From IMG/VR virus record IMGVR_UViG_2531839666_000024: a DNA stretch of 8,442 bases. One strand, written 5' to 3'. The notes below the pieces were generated by a model. That model was not told the origin of the DNA. It did not search any database and saw only the letters and a list, made by a program, of their open reading frames with translations. The stretch is from a virus (Duplodnaviria; Heunggongvirae; Uroviricota; Caudoviricetes). Made by a program: the position numbers and the translations under genes. Positions 1 through 7,524 of the stretch are shown here, one piece after another (the first letter of the stretch is position 1; each line of letters starts with the position of its first letter).

Positions 1-112
1 AACTGAAGTTGCCCTGAAAATGAAATTTTTTTGCACAACCGCAGAACTTTTCCGCAGGGCATCAGTCTTAATTAGTGCCACTGCTTTTCTTTGATGTCCC
101 CATTTTGTGGAG

Positions 113-155
113 CCCATCAACCCCGCCATTTCGGTTCAAGGTTGATGGGTTTTTT
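113..155 (+). terminator. Rho-independent terminator (10-bp perfect stem, 17-nt loop, T6 tract)
   Basis: cccatcaacc (113-122) is the exact reverse complement of ggttgatggg (140-149), followed directly by tttttt (150-155). The T tract is on the plus strand only, so it terminates rightward transcription entering from the left flank. Confidence 0.7.
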
Positions 156-235
156 GTTGCCTGAAATTTAAGCTGTTTAAAATCATGATGTTAGAAACAC
201 TGTTTTTTAACGATGGCGACAAAATGGCGGCAGCG

Positions 236-454
236 TCAAAGAGAGAGCGCCACCTGTCCTGATTTCATTGGATGCGGCTGAACCGGATTTGACTCTTTTG
301 GCGTTGCAATCGAACGAACAAAAGTTTCATGGGTAACAAAAGTATGGCTGCAGTTAATGTTCTGGCACTGGTTGTAACGCTCTTTGGTCAATGAAGATAC
401 CTGAAAACTGCTGCGAGTATGGGCGGCACTTCCACACAGTGGGCAAATCATCAT
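236..454 (-). CDS. ogr: Ogr/Delta-family zinc-finger late-gene transcription activator
   Basis: Small ORF immediately downstream of gene D, as in P2. It has a Cys-x2-Cys...Cys-x4-Cys motif (CPLCG...CQNINC) and the KERY(N/H)QCQN signature typical of Ogr. Start is ambiguous: ATG at 454 has the better SD spacing (GGGGAGAA upstream), ATG at 451 aligns with the P2 Ogr N-terminus, and the ORF track start at 487 is probably an over-extension. Confidence 0.85.
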   Translation of the reverse strand: MMICPLCGSAAHTRSSFQVSSLTKERYNQCQNINCSHTFVTHETFVRSIATPKESNPVQPHPMKSGQVALSL

Positions 455-491
455 TTTTCGAGTTCTCCCCATTTTTGCTAAATTCACAATA

Positions 492-518
492 ATGATACCG
501 CATTATTCCATTTTGCAA
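492..518 (-). promoter_or_regulatory. Candidate sigma70 promoter for ogr (-35 TTGCAA, 15-bp spacer, -10 TATCAT on minus strand)
   Basis: Read on the minus strand, the D-ogr spacer contains TTGCAA (plus 513-518) and TATCAT (plus 492-497), about 35-40 nt upstream of the ogr start. Hexamer match only. Confidence 0.25.
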
Positions 519-544
519 ACTTAAAAGTTCTCCATTGCGAAGAA

Positions 545-1645
545 TCATTCCATTTCGAAATCATCAATCCTCACTTCAAGCTCCAGACTGGTTGTAAAAC
601 CGTTATCGGGGCTGACGGTATGCGTCAGAGTCGTAATGGTCCATTCCGCATCATCTATCGGCTGTTTAAAGCCACTGACTTTCACTGGCATTTCCGTGTA
701 GAGATCTGCCCGACCTTCTGCCAGTTGTAGCGAGAATGACGCAACGCCGCGTTGCAGGCGTTCCCACTGCATTTTCGCCGCCCGTTCGGCGTTGCTCCGG
801 TTGGCATAGGTGCGATTAAGTACCAGCACGTTTTCATCTGTACCCACCAGGTAATCGCCCTGCTTCGCTTCCGGCTCTTTCTTCTGCTTCTTAGTCCTGC
901 GCTTACGCTTCACCGTGGTGCTTTCATTCTTCGCGGGTTCGCGGGTATGCAACCAGCTGGCAATTACGCCCGTGTAGGCTCCGCGATCTGCCAGGGTAAA
1001 GCGGTGACTGTCGCCGTCCTTACGTGTGATAGTGATAACCGGTAGTGGTTTACCGCTGGCGCTTTTACCCTGTCCCTGCCGGATGAATAACAGATTGCCA
1101 TTTTTCACCGACGCAATAGCACCGTACTGGCGCGCCAGCCGCATCAGAAAACTGCCGTCACTCTCATTGGTCTGGTCTATATGTTCCACGGGTTTATCTG
1201 ACAGGTCTTTACCCAATGCCATCTTCAGTTTGTGCCGCACAGCTATTTCCTTCACCACTTCCCCAACGGTGGTCTTGTGCCACGACTTTTCACGGCGGGT
1301 ATTCAGCGTTTCACGAAAATCAGCACTTCGCGCCCGGATAGTCAGGCGGTCCGGTGCGCCAGTGTGTTCAATCTCGTCCACCGTGAATGCCCCTTTCGGG
1401 AAAAGCGGCTGCCCCTTCCAGCCCAGCGCCAGCGTAATAACCGCACCACGGCGCGGCAGCACGATTTTTCCGTCGGCGTCGTCCAGCTCCAGATCAAGCT
1501 GGTCCGCTTCAAAGCCCCGATTGTCCGTCAGCGTCAAACTCATCAGGCGGTTATCCAGCACAGTGGTGATATCCCTGCCCTCAATACTGATGCTGAATGC
1601 GGGAGTTTTGTTGCCTTTGTTAAGCAGTTCAGAGCTGAAATTCAT
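545..1645 (-). CDS. D: Tail protein gpD (late control gene D family)
   Basis: 366-aa ORF at the P2 gpD position (after U, before ogr). Its start overlaps the U stop in an ATGA junction. Size and N-terminal sequence are typical of the gpD family. Confidence 0.9.
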   Translation of the reverse strand: MNFSSELLNKGNKTPAFSISIEGRDITTVLDNRLMSLTLTDNRGFEADQLDLELDDADGKIVLPRRGAVITLALGWKGQPLFPKGAFTVDEIEHTGAPDRLTIRARSADFRETLNTRREKSWHKTTVGEVVKEIAVRHKLKMALGKDLSDKPVEHIDQTNESDGSFLMRLARQYGAIASVKNGNLLFIRQGQGKSASGKPLPVITITRKDGDSHRFTLADRGAYTGVIASWLHTREPAKNESTTVKRKRRTKKQKKEPEAKQGDYLVGTDENVLVLNRTYANRSNAERAAKMQWERLQRGVASFSLQLAEGRADLYTEMPVKVSGFKQPIDDAEWTITTLTHTVSPDNGFTTSLELEVRIDDFEME

Positions 1646-2127
1646 GACAGCAGCCCTCCCACCGTTTTACTGATATCGCTTAAGGCAGACGTTGCTGTGT
1701 CCTGCAGATTATTCAGTTGCGCACTGAGATCACCGAATATATCGGACAGGGATTCATCCACCCGTTTGAGCGACAGGGTGAACTCAATCCGGCGCGGCAT
1801 ACCGTCGCGGAAAAACTCCGTTTTAGTCTGATTCAGTCCCTCAATCACATACATGCCATAAATCGTGCCACTGCCTTCAATCAGGGGCCATGCTTTCCCC
1901 TGTTCTGCCATCTGCTCCAGTGCCAGCAACGACAGCCTGCCACCTGTTATCTCCGGCATAAGAACACCGGAAAGCGTCAGCATGTCGTTGTCCGGTCCCA
2001 GAAACTGCGTGGACGGACGTCGGTTTACCCGGCTGTTTGCCGCATGTCGCCAGCTGCGTTGATACTGCAGCTCCTGATACGGTACGGTGCGCAGCATAAA
2101 CACGTACAATCCCAGCACCATCATCAT
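1642..2127 (-). CDS. U: Tail protein gpU
   Basis: 161-aa ORF between T and D with ATGA overlaps on both sides. The MMMVLGL...VPYQELQ N-terminus is characteristic of P2 gpU. Confidence 0.85.
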   Translation of the reverse strand: MMMVLGLYVFMLRTVPYQELQYQRSWRHAANSRVNRRPSTQFLGPDNDMLTLSGVLMPEITGGRLSLLALEQMAEQGKAWPLIEGSGTIYGMYVIEGLNQTKTEFFRDGMPRRIEFTLSLKRVDESLSDIFGDLSAQLNNLQDTATSALSDISKTVGGLLS

Positions 2128-5100
2128 GCGTCGTATCCCCCCTGATCGCTGTAGTTACTCCTGGCTTTTGCCTTCAGCCTGCGTTCACGTTCATCAAGCT
2201 GGCGGGCCACCTCCCGCGCAATATCCTGCGCACTTTGTCCTGGCTGTGTCTGGATGATGATCTGCGTCGGTGCTTCAATCCGGTAAATGGGCGGCACAGT
2301 AGCTGCACGACTCACCATCGCTTCACCGCCTTTTGCGGGAAGCGCCAAAAGATGCAACGGTGGAAGCTCTGCTGGCGCGGCAGCAACACCCATCATTCCG
2401 GCGACAACGGCAGCCAGTGCAGCTGTATTTCTCCGGCTGGTCACGTTTGCCGGGCCGTTAACAATTTCCGGCCCGTTTTCACCGACGATGCCAAACTGCC
2501 CGCGCGGGATATAGCCGCCGCTGTCATACATCCCCGCAAAGCCATATCCCCATGACGGAAAATCACCCGATGGCATCATCACTTTACCGTCTGCATTCAC
2601 CGTCGCAGGTTGCTGACGCGTCACGCTTTCCGGCAGTTTCGCCTTTGCAGCCTCTTTACTGACAATGCCGAGTTTCTCCAGCAACCAGGAAACGCCGGAT
2701 TTCAGGGAGTCCAGCGGATGCATGACCATATTCAGCCCTTCTGCCAGTGCCTCCCCGAATCGTCGCCCCATTGCCGCTGCGCTCTGCAGTTCGGCAGAGG
2801 TCGACTTAACGGGCGTCAGCAGATCAGTAAACCAGCCCCACAGCGCCTGCACTTTGTCGCCAATCCACTGGAACACGGGCTTAAGCGGTTCGAACGCTGC
2901 ACTGATGGGACCTGCCGCCGCTTTGAATCCTTCCACCACGCCACCGAGAAATGCGGTGATGGGTTGCCAGTATTTCCAGACAACCAGCGCCACGCCCGCC
3001 AGTGCAGTAACCACAAGACCTATCGGACTGAGCAGAGCACCTAACAGACCAGATATGGCATACAGGGCAACGCGCAGCATCGCCAGTGGACCAGATGCCA
3101 GTACTCGCAGCACCGTGCCTGCGGCGGCCAGTCCACCGCGCAGTGCCGCCAGAGGATTCATAAACATCACAGCAACAGCACGTAAACCGGATAATCCAGA
3201 CCGCAAAAGTGCAACCGGCGCACCTGCTACAGTTTTCAGGACATTTCCCGTCAGTGATGCCGTGCGGCGCAAAGACGACAACGGCGCAGTAAGTAAACCT
3301 GCGGCGTTGCCCGATGAAGCAAGCCCGCGTCGCAGCAGTGCCAGTGGCGCGCCAGCCAGCCAGGACAACGCGCTGCTGGTTCGAGTTACTGCTGCCGTAA
3401 CGGAAGATAACGTTTTGATACCCAACACAGAGAATCCCAGACGGATCACTGCCAGCGGCCCCAGCACTGCAGCCAGCGCCACCGCTAAGGTGCCGAGGCC
3501 GACAGTAACCGCAGCCACAACAGCCGATGCTTTCATCAGTGTGCCTGTCAGTTCCGGGTTAGCTTCCACCCAGCGACGCAACGCCCCCGTGACGCTTTTC
3601 ACCGTGTACAGAATATCCATCAGCGGCTGGCGCAGCGTTTCGCCCAGGCTGCTGAAGGTGTTCTGCGCTCCGGTTTTGACCAGCAACCACTGCGCAGAAA
3701 GTGAATCCTTGTTAATGTCGGATTCTTTCTGCATGGAGCCGAGCGCATCATTGCCCGCTGTCAGTTTTAACTGACGCTGCAGTTCCGGCAGGTTGTTTGC
3801 CAGTTTCGCCGCGTCATCGCCAAACTCTTTACCAAACAACATAGTCATGGCAGACAGGCGCTTGTCCTGCGGCAGCGCGTTTACCTTCTCCAGCACGCGC
3901 TGGATGGTTCCCATCGCATCCTTCGTCATCTGCTTTTCAATCACTTCAGGATTGAGTTTCAGCAGATTCATCCCTTCAAAGAAACTCTTGCTTTGCATGG
4001 TGGCAATGGACAATTCACGCACCATCGCGTTTGCTGCACTGGCTGCAACCTCTGGCGCAGCGCCCAGTGTCAGGAAGGTGGAGCCCAGCGCCGCCGCTTT
4101 ACGATAATCCAGACGGTCAGCCACACCGCCCAGACGTTGCATCACATCAATGATGTCTGCCCCTTTCGACATGGCGTTATCATCCAGATAGTTCAGCGCA
4201 TCACCGAGCTGTTCAATATTGCGGGTGGGGATTTTGTAGAGCTGGGCGATTTTCCCCAGACTTTCTGACAGTTCATCCGCTGGCAGCTCAAAGGCTGTTG
4301 CCGCCTTTGCTGCCGTACTGGCGAAGGCCAGCAGGTCACGTTTCTGATCTTCCCAGCTGTCGTCAGGGTTTGCGACGTTCATGCGCGCACCACCTTCAAC
4401 CAGTGCAGCGAAGTCCACCGCACCGTTTTCCATCGGCAACTGTTCGCTGGCAGCCTTGATGGCATCCTGCATTTCATAAAAACGTGCAGTGCGGTTGCCA
4501 TTATCGTCACGCAGACCATTGACCTGCTTTGCCACACCTTTCATGGCATCTTCCATGCTGGTATAGCTTTTTACTGCCGCCATCACTGGCGCACCCATTG
4601 CCAGCCCTGCAGCCGTGGTGGTGGCTCCGGCACCTGCAATACGATCACGCACCTCCAGCGAACGGGCATAACTGGCACGCGCTGCATTCATCCTGCGCTG
4701 AGCTTCCCCCAGTCGCTTCAGCCGCGCCTCCTGTTTCGAAAGTTCCTGGTTATAACGTGATGTTTCACGGGCTAAACGGGCAGTTGCTCCCGCATCGTCT
4801 TTCGCAGAAATTCCCGCCCGGTACAGTTCAGCACGCACAAGCGCCGTCTGCTGCTGCAGCTTTTTCTGGCGTTCTTCCAGGCGCTGAACAGCCAGCCGTT
4901 GACGGCCCAGAGCAACAACCTGACGTTGCGAAGGCGGCCCCATCGCTCCCAGTTCCTGACTGAGCAAATTTGCACGCTGGCGGGCATAGTTCAGCCTGTC
5001 GCCTAATTTCTGATTTTCTGCCTGCAGCTTTCGGAAGCTGTCCAGACTGCTCCCGGCCTGATCAAGCTGCTTTATTGCATCGCGGGATTTTTTGACAGCA

Positions 5101-5201
5101 GCAGCCAGTTCTCTTGAACTGGCCTGTGCAGATCGAAATGGGCGGGTGAGCTTGTCAACCGCATTAAGAATGACCTGCAGACGCAGGTTGTTATCACTCA
5201 T
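2124..5201 (-). CDS. T: Tail tape measure protein gpT (1025 aa)
   Basis: Long ORF downstream of E/E' in the FETUD arrangement. It has an N-terminal coiled-coil-like region rich in Q/R/L/A, a central hydrophobic block and Ala/Leu-rich tandem repeats. Its ATG at 5199-5201 overlaps the E' stop codon. Confidence 0.9.
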   Translation of the reverse strand: MSDNNLRLQVILNAVDKLTRPFRSAQASSRELAAAVKKSRDAIKQLDQAGSSLDSFRKLQAENQKLGDRLNYARQRANLLSQELGAMGPPSQRQVVALGRQRLAVQRLEERQKKLQQQTALVRAELYRAGISAKDDAGATARLARETSRYNQELSKQEARLKRLGEAQRRMNAARASYARSLEVRDRIAGAGATTTAAGLAMGAPVMAAVKSYTSMEDAMKGVAKQVNGLRDDNGNRTARFYEMQDAIKAASEQLPMENGAVDFAALVEGGARMNVANPDDSWEDQKRDLLAFASTAAKAATAFELPADELSESLGKIAQLYKIPTRNIEQLGDALNYLDDNAMSKGADIIDVMQRLGGVADRLDYRKAAALGSTFLTLGAAPEVAASAANAMVRELSIATMQSKSFFEGMNLLKLNPEVIEKQMTKDAMGTIQRVLEKVNALPQDKRLSAMTMLFGKEFGDDAAKLANNLPELQRQLKLTAGNDALGSMQKESDINKDSLSAQWLLVKTGAQNTFSSLGETLRQPLMDILYTVKSVTGALRRWVEANPELTGTLMKASAVVAAVTVGLGTLAVALAAVLGPLAVIRLGFSVLGIKTLSSVTAAVTRTSSALSWLAGAPLALLRRGLASSGNAAGLLTAPLSSLRRTASLTGNVLKTVAGAPVALLRSGLSGLRAVAVMFMNPLAALRGGLAAAGTVLRVLASGPLAMLRVALYAISGLLGALLSPIGLVVTALAGVALVVWKYWQPITAFLGGVVEGFKAAAGPISAAFEPLKPVFQWIGDKVQALWGWFTDLLTPVKSTSAELQSAAAMGRRFGEALAEGLNMVMHPLDSLKSGVSWLLEKLGIVSKEAAKAKLPESVTRQQPATVNADGKVMMPSGDFPSWGYGFAGMYDSGGYIPRGQFGIVGENGPEIVNGPANVTSRRNTAALAAVVAGMMGVAAAPAELPPLHLLALPAKGGEAMVSRAATVPPIYRIEAPTQIIIQTQPGQSAQDIAREVARQLDERERRLKAKARSNYSDQGGYDA
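3027..3356 (-). repeat. Five tandem degenerate ~22-aa (~66-bp) coding repeats inside the tape measure (motif xPLxxLRxxLxxxG)
   Basis: Consecutive protein segments AGAPLALLRRGLASSGNAAGLL / TAPLSSLRRTASLTGNVLKTV / AGAPVALLRSGLSGLRAVAVMFM / NPLAALRGGLAAAGTVLRVLAS / GPLAMLRVALYAISGLLGALLS. Coordinates were mapped from the codons by hand and are approximate. Confidence 0.5.
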
Positions 5202-5630
5202 CGTTGGCCCCGCTTCTCTGAATCGCTTTATACCGCCATTCCAGCACTTCGGTCAGCGGCATAACGTCAGTAACGGATGGCGGCCAGTGAAAAATGGTGG
5301 CGATATCTGCCACCAGATCGTCAACCGTCAGGCTGTCGGTAAACCGGCAAGCACCGACTTCTTCAACAAAAAAGTGACAACCTCAACCGACATGGCAGTG
5401 AGATCTGCCGGGTCCATCTCTGCAATTTCCTGTGCAGTCAGTGCCGGACTGGAGATGCGGGGGATCACGGTCATCATCGCGTTTACATCCATATCCATAA
5501 TGGCCTGCAGGCGTGTACCGCGCAGCGCACCGGACTGCGGTTTACGCAGCACAATTTCGGTGATTTCTGTTTTACCGCGCTTGATGGGGGTATCCAGTTG
5601 AATGGTCTTTTCAGTCTGCTTATCGCTCAT
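5194..5630 (-). CDS. E+E': Tail assembly chaperone gpE+E' (-1 frameshift fusion, ~145 aa)
   Basis: After a -1 slip at T_TTT_TTG, the -1 frame stays open for 57 codons (VEEVGACRFTDSLTVDDLVADIATIFHWPPSVTDVMPLTEVLEWRYKAIQRSGANDE). It ends at a TGA (5194-5196) that overlaps the T start (minus-strand AACGATGAGTGA). Translated by hand from the sequence. Confidence 0.75.
5328..5630 (-). CDS. E: Tail assembly chaperone gpE (zero-frame product, 100 aa)
   Basis: ORF between FII and T at the P2 gene E position. The slippery heptamer lies 13 codons before its stop. Confidence 0.85.
   Translation of the reverse strand: MSDKQTEKTIQLDTPIKRGKTEITEIVLRKPQSGALRGTRLQAIMDMDVNAMMTVIPRISSPALTAQEIAEMDPADLTAMSVEVVTFLLKKSVLAGLPTA
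5367..5373 (-). other. Programmed -1 ribosomal frameshift slippery heptamer T_TTT_TTG
   Basis: Minus-strand GTC ACT TTT TTG TTG AAG; zero-frame codons ACT-TTT-TTG. This is the same heptamer and relative position as the P2 E/E' recoding site, analogous to lambda G/GT. Confidence 0.8.
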
Positions 5631-5655
5631 TTTGCTGTCCTGTCAATTGGGTTCT

Positions 5656-5673
5656 GGCGCGGTATCCCGCGCC
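5656..5673 (-). other. GC-rich hairpin in the FII-E intergenic spacer (7-bp stem GGCGCGG/CCGCGCC, 4-nt loop), no U tract
   Basis: Perfect inverted repeat ggcgcgg (5656-5662) and ccgcgcc (5667-5673), 12 nt downstream of the FII stop and about 25 nt upstream of the E start. Confidence 0.35.
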
Positions 5674-5684
5674 GTTCAGATATA

Positions 5685-6200
5685 TCAGAGGCCGAGGGCG
5701 TTGCGGTGCGCTTCCATCAGGTCCACACCGTCCACAATTTCCACCATGTTGATAAGGTCCACTTCATAGAGCACCTCACCATTGATGGTCAGCTTCGCGT
5801 AGCTGTTGGTACTGGTCACTTTGGTGGTGTTGCTTTCGCCCGTCTTCCACTCGCCGGAATCCACTTCTTTGTGACGTCCACGCACGACAAGCTCCACGGC
5901 CTGCACTTCCCCGGTATCGTCACGCTGAATAGAGCCGGTAAAGCGCAGCTGGATGCCATCCACCGTGGCTTTACCCATCTGTTTAAACAGCAGCAATTCA
6001 GTACCACCAATGGAAAATTCTGTGTCCAGCGCACTGTCATCAAGCCCCAGGTCCACATCCACCGCACCCGGCATTCCGCCGCCGCGATACTTCTCATATT
6101 TGCGGGTAAATTTCGGCAGCGTCAGCGACTCAACGATCCCCTGCCAGTTGTTCCCGTCGTTAAACAGGTTCAGGTGTTTTAATTTGCGTGGTAAAGCCAT
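5685..6200 (-). CDS. FII: Major tail tube protein gpFII
   Basis: 171-aa ORF 9 bp downstream of the sheath gene. The MALPRKLK(H/Y)LNLFNDG N-terminus and the size match P2 FII. Confidence 0.9.
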   Translation of the reverse strand: MALPRKLKHLNLFNDGNNWQGIVESLTLPKFTRKYEKYRGGGMPGAVDVDLGLDDSALDTEFSIGGTELLLFKQMGKATVDGIQLRFTGSIQRDDTGEVQAVELVVRGRHKEVDSGEWKTGESNTTKVTSTNSYAKLTINGEVLYEVDLINMVEIVDGVDLMEAHRNALGL

Positions 6201-6209
6201 GTTGTCCCC

Positions 6210-7382
6210 TTACGCGCTGACCTGGCTGGCGAAATTCACCAGGTACTGATCGGTGATGCGCTGACGCAGCATCAGGTTTTCAAGTGGCGGCACTGGCGTG
6301 TAGTCGTAGTCGATGGTGAGTTTTCCGGCTTTCAGCGTGTCTTTGTCGTTCACCGACTCATCCAGCCAGCAATCACCACCAATGAGATAGCCCTGACTGA
6401 CCAGGCTGCGCATTTTGGCGCGGATACCTTCGATAATGTCGCGGGCCAGCGACGGGTTAAGCGGTTTATCCACCGCCCACATGTGTGCTTCTGCCATCGT
6501 GTCCATCAGCACCTGCGCCGTGCGGGTGTAGTTTTCGAAGGCAAAGAGCGGGTCATCACTCAGGCAGCGGGAACCCCAGAAGCGGAAACCGTCTTTACGC
6601 ACAAGCGTGGTGACGTCGTTCTGGTTCAGCAGACCTGCATCGGTTGCCGGGTCCTGCAGATCCCAGAACACATCTGCAGAAATTCCGGTGACACCGTTCA
6701 CGCCCACGTTGGACAGGCTTTTGTGCCATCCGGTCTGCTCGTCAATTTTGGCGCGCAGACCAAGCGCACGGGCGGTGGCATATGCCGTTGCTTCGGCATT
6801 CAGCACCGTGTCCCAGCCAGTAAAGTCAGGCCAGATCAGCATCCCTTCGCGCTGGCTGAAGTTTTCGCGGTAAGTGATCGCCTCCTGCACTGTCTTGCAG
6901 CCATACGCTGACAGGTAAGCAAATCCACGCAGGCTTTGCGCCACGCTTAGCAACTCAGTAGCTACCGCCTTGGTGTCGTGGCCTGGCACGCCGAGAATGC
7001 GCGGTTTAACGCCGAGCTGTGACTGGGCAGATAACAGGGCTTTCATACCTGTTTTTTTACCTTCAGCAGTCACTGCGCCGATGATATTGGTCGTGGTTTC
7101 GTCTTCCGTTTCACCCTGCGGCACACGCACAACAATGGTCACGGGTTTTGCCTGGTCAGCGATGGCATCCAGCGAACGGGCCAGAGTACCTGACTCACCC
7201 GCTTTACCGCTGGCAGTCAGCACATCAGTGATCAGCACGGGTTTATTAAGAGGAAACATTTTTGCATCGGCATCATCGCCCGTGCAGACCATACCCACGA
7301 TGGCGGTGCTCACCGTGGTAATAGATCGGGTGCCTTCGTTGACTTCAACAACGCGCACCCCGTGGTGGTAATCCTGAGCCAT
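6210..7382 (-). CDS. FI: Contractile tail sheath protein gpFI
   Basis: 390-aa ORF that is first in the operon, with a strong SD (AGGAGG, 9-nt spacer). The ...DYHHGV...INEGTR...[10 protein letters not shown]... N-terminus is typical of the P2 sheath. Confidence 0.92.
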   Translation of the reverse strand: MAQDYHHGVRVVEVNEGTRSITTVSTAIVGMVCTGDDADAKMFPLNKPVLITDVLTASGKAGESGTLARSLDAIADQAKPVTIVVRVPQGETEDETTTNIIGAVTAEGKKTGMKALLSAQSQLGVKPRILGVPGHDTKAVATELLSVAQSLRGFAYLSAYGCKTVQEAITYRENFSQREGMLIWPDFTGWDTVLNAEATAYATARALGLRAKIDEQTGWHKSLSNVGVNGVTGISADVFWDLQDPATDAGLLNQNDVTTLVRKDGFRFWGSRCLSDDPLFAFENYTRTAQVLMDTMAEAHMWAVDKPLNPSLARDIIEGIRAKMRSLVSQGYLIGGDCWLDESVNDKDTLKAGKLTIDYDYTPVPPLENLMLRQRITDQYLVNFASQVSA

Positions 7383-7457
7383 AGTGGCGAACCTCCTGAT
7401 TGGATTAGGCTTCGCCCTATGTTGAAGTGATTGTGCCTGACAAACAGCTAAGCGCAG

Positions 7458-7477
7458 TTGTGTCGTTATTCACACAA
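7458..7477 (-). promoter_or_regulatory. Ogr-type late promoter activator box (TGT-N12-ACA dyad) upstream of FI, putative PF
   Basis: ttgtgtcgttattcacacaa carries TGT (7459-7461), a 12-nt spacer and ACA (7474-7476) with extended 6-bp arms TTGTGT/ACACAA. It is centred about 85 nt upstream of the FI ATG. This is the P2/186 late-promoter element bound by Ogr/Delta. Confidence 0.6.
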
Positions 7478-7524
7478 AATGACGGTATTTGTCTACTTGC
7501 AGGGATAATCAAAATAATGCTGAT

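Noticed and set aside
113-155. Use of the 10-bp hairpin as the minus-strand terminator of ogr (bidirectional terminator)
   Set aside because: On the minus strand the hairpin is followed by CTCCACAAAATG rather than a U tract, so efficient intrinsic termination is expected only for plus-strand transcripts. Weak termination of ogr read-through is possible but unsupported.
123-230. 9-bp inverted repeat ccgccattt (123-131) / aaatggcgg (222-230) and nearby ATGGCG direct repeat, considered as att-core or recombinase-binding arms
   Set aside because: They are short, separated by ~90 bp and overlap the terminator loop. Without the other prophage junction there is no way to distinguish them from chance; they are noted only as something to compare once attL is available.
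354-548. 64-aa minus-strand ORF overlapping ogr in another frame
   Set aside because: It overlaps the Ogr zinc-finger ORF, which has a recognisable family motif, and has no independent support; it is probably a frame artefact.
2665-3774. 369-aa plus-strand ORF, plus other long plus-strand ORFs at 2235-2555, 2610-3044, 3793-4107, 3993-4268 and 4529-4963, all antisense to the tape measure gene
   Set aside because: These are shadow ORFs typical of GC-rich coding DNA. Their translations are low-complexity (Ser/Pro/Ala/Arg-rich), have no start context, and lie wholly inside a gene with strong positional and compositional support on the other strand.
5598-6182. 194-aa plus-strand ORF antisense to FII; also 5092-5601 (+), 5816-6097 (-), 5953-6249 (+), 6483-6911 (+), 6607-6873 (+), 6970-7371 (+), 1026-1673 (+), 1232-1831 (+), 1717-2145 (+)
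   Set aside because: All overlap well-supported tail genes in other frames or on the opposite strand, and none has an RBS-like start context. The operon is compact with ATGA overlaps, leaving no room for extra genes.
7386-7416. 6-bp inverted repeat (ggcgaa / ttcgcc) bracketing the FI Shine-Dalgarno, as a possible translational control hairpin
   Set aside because: The stem is only 6 bp with a ~19-nt loop. Repeats of this size are expected by chance in 8 kb and a loop-located SD would not be occluded anyway.
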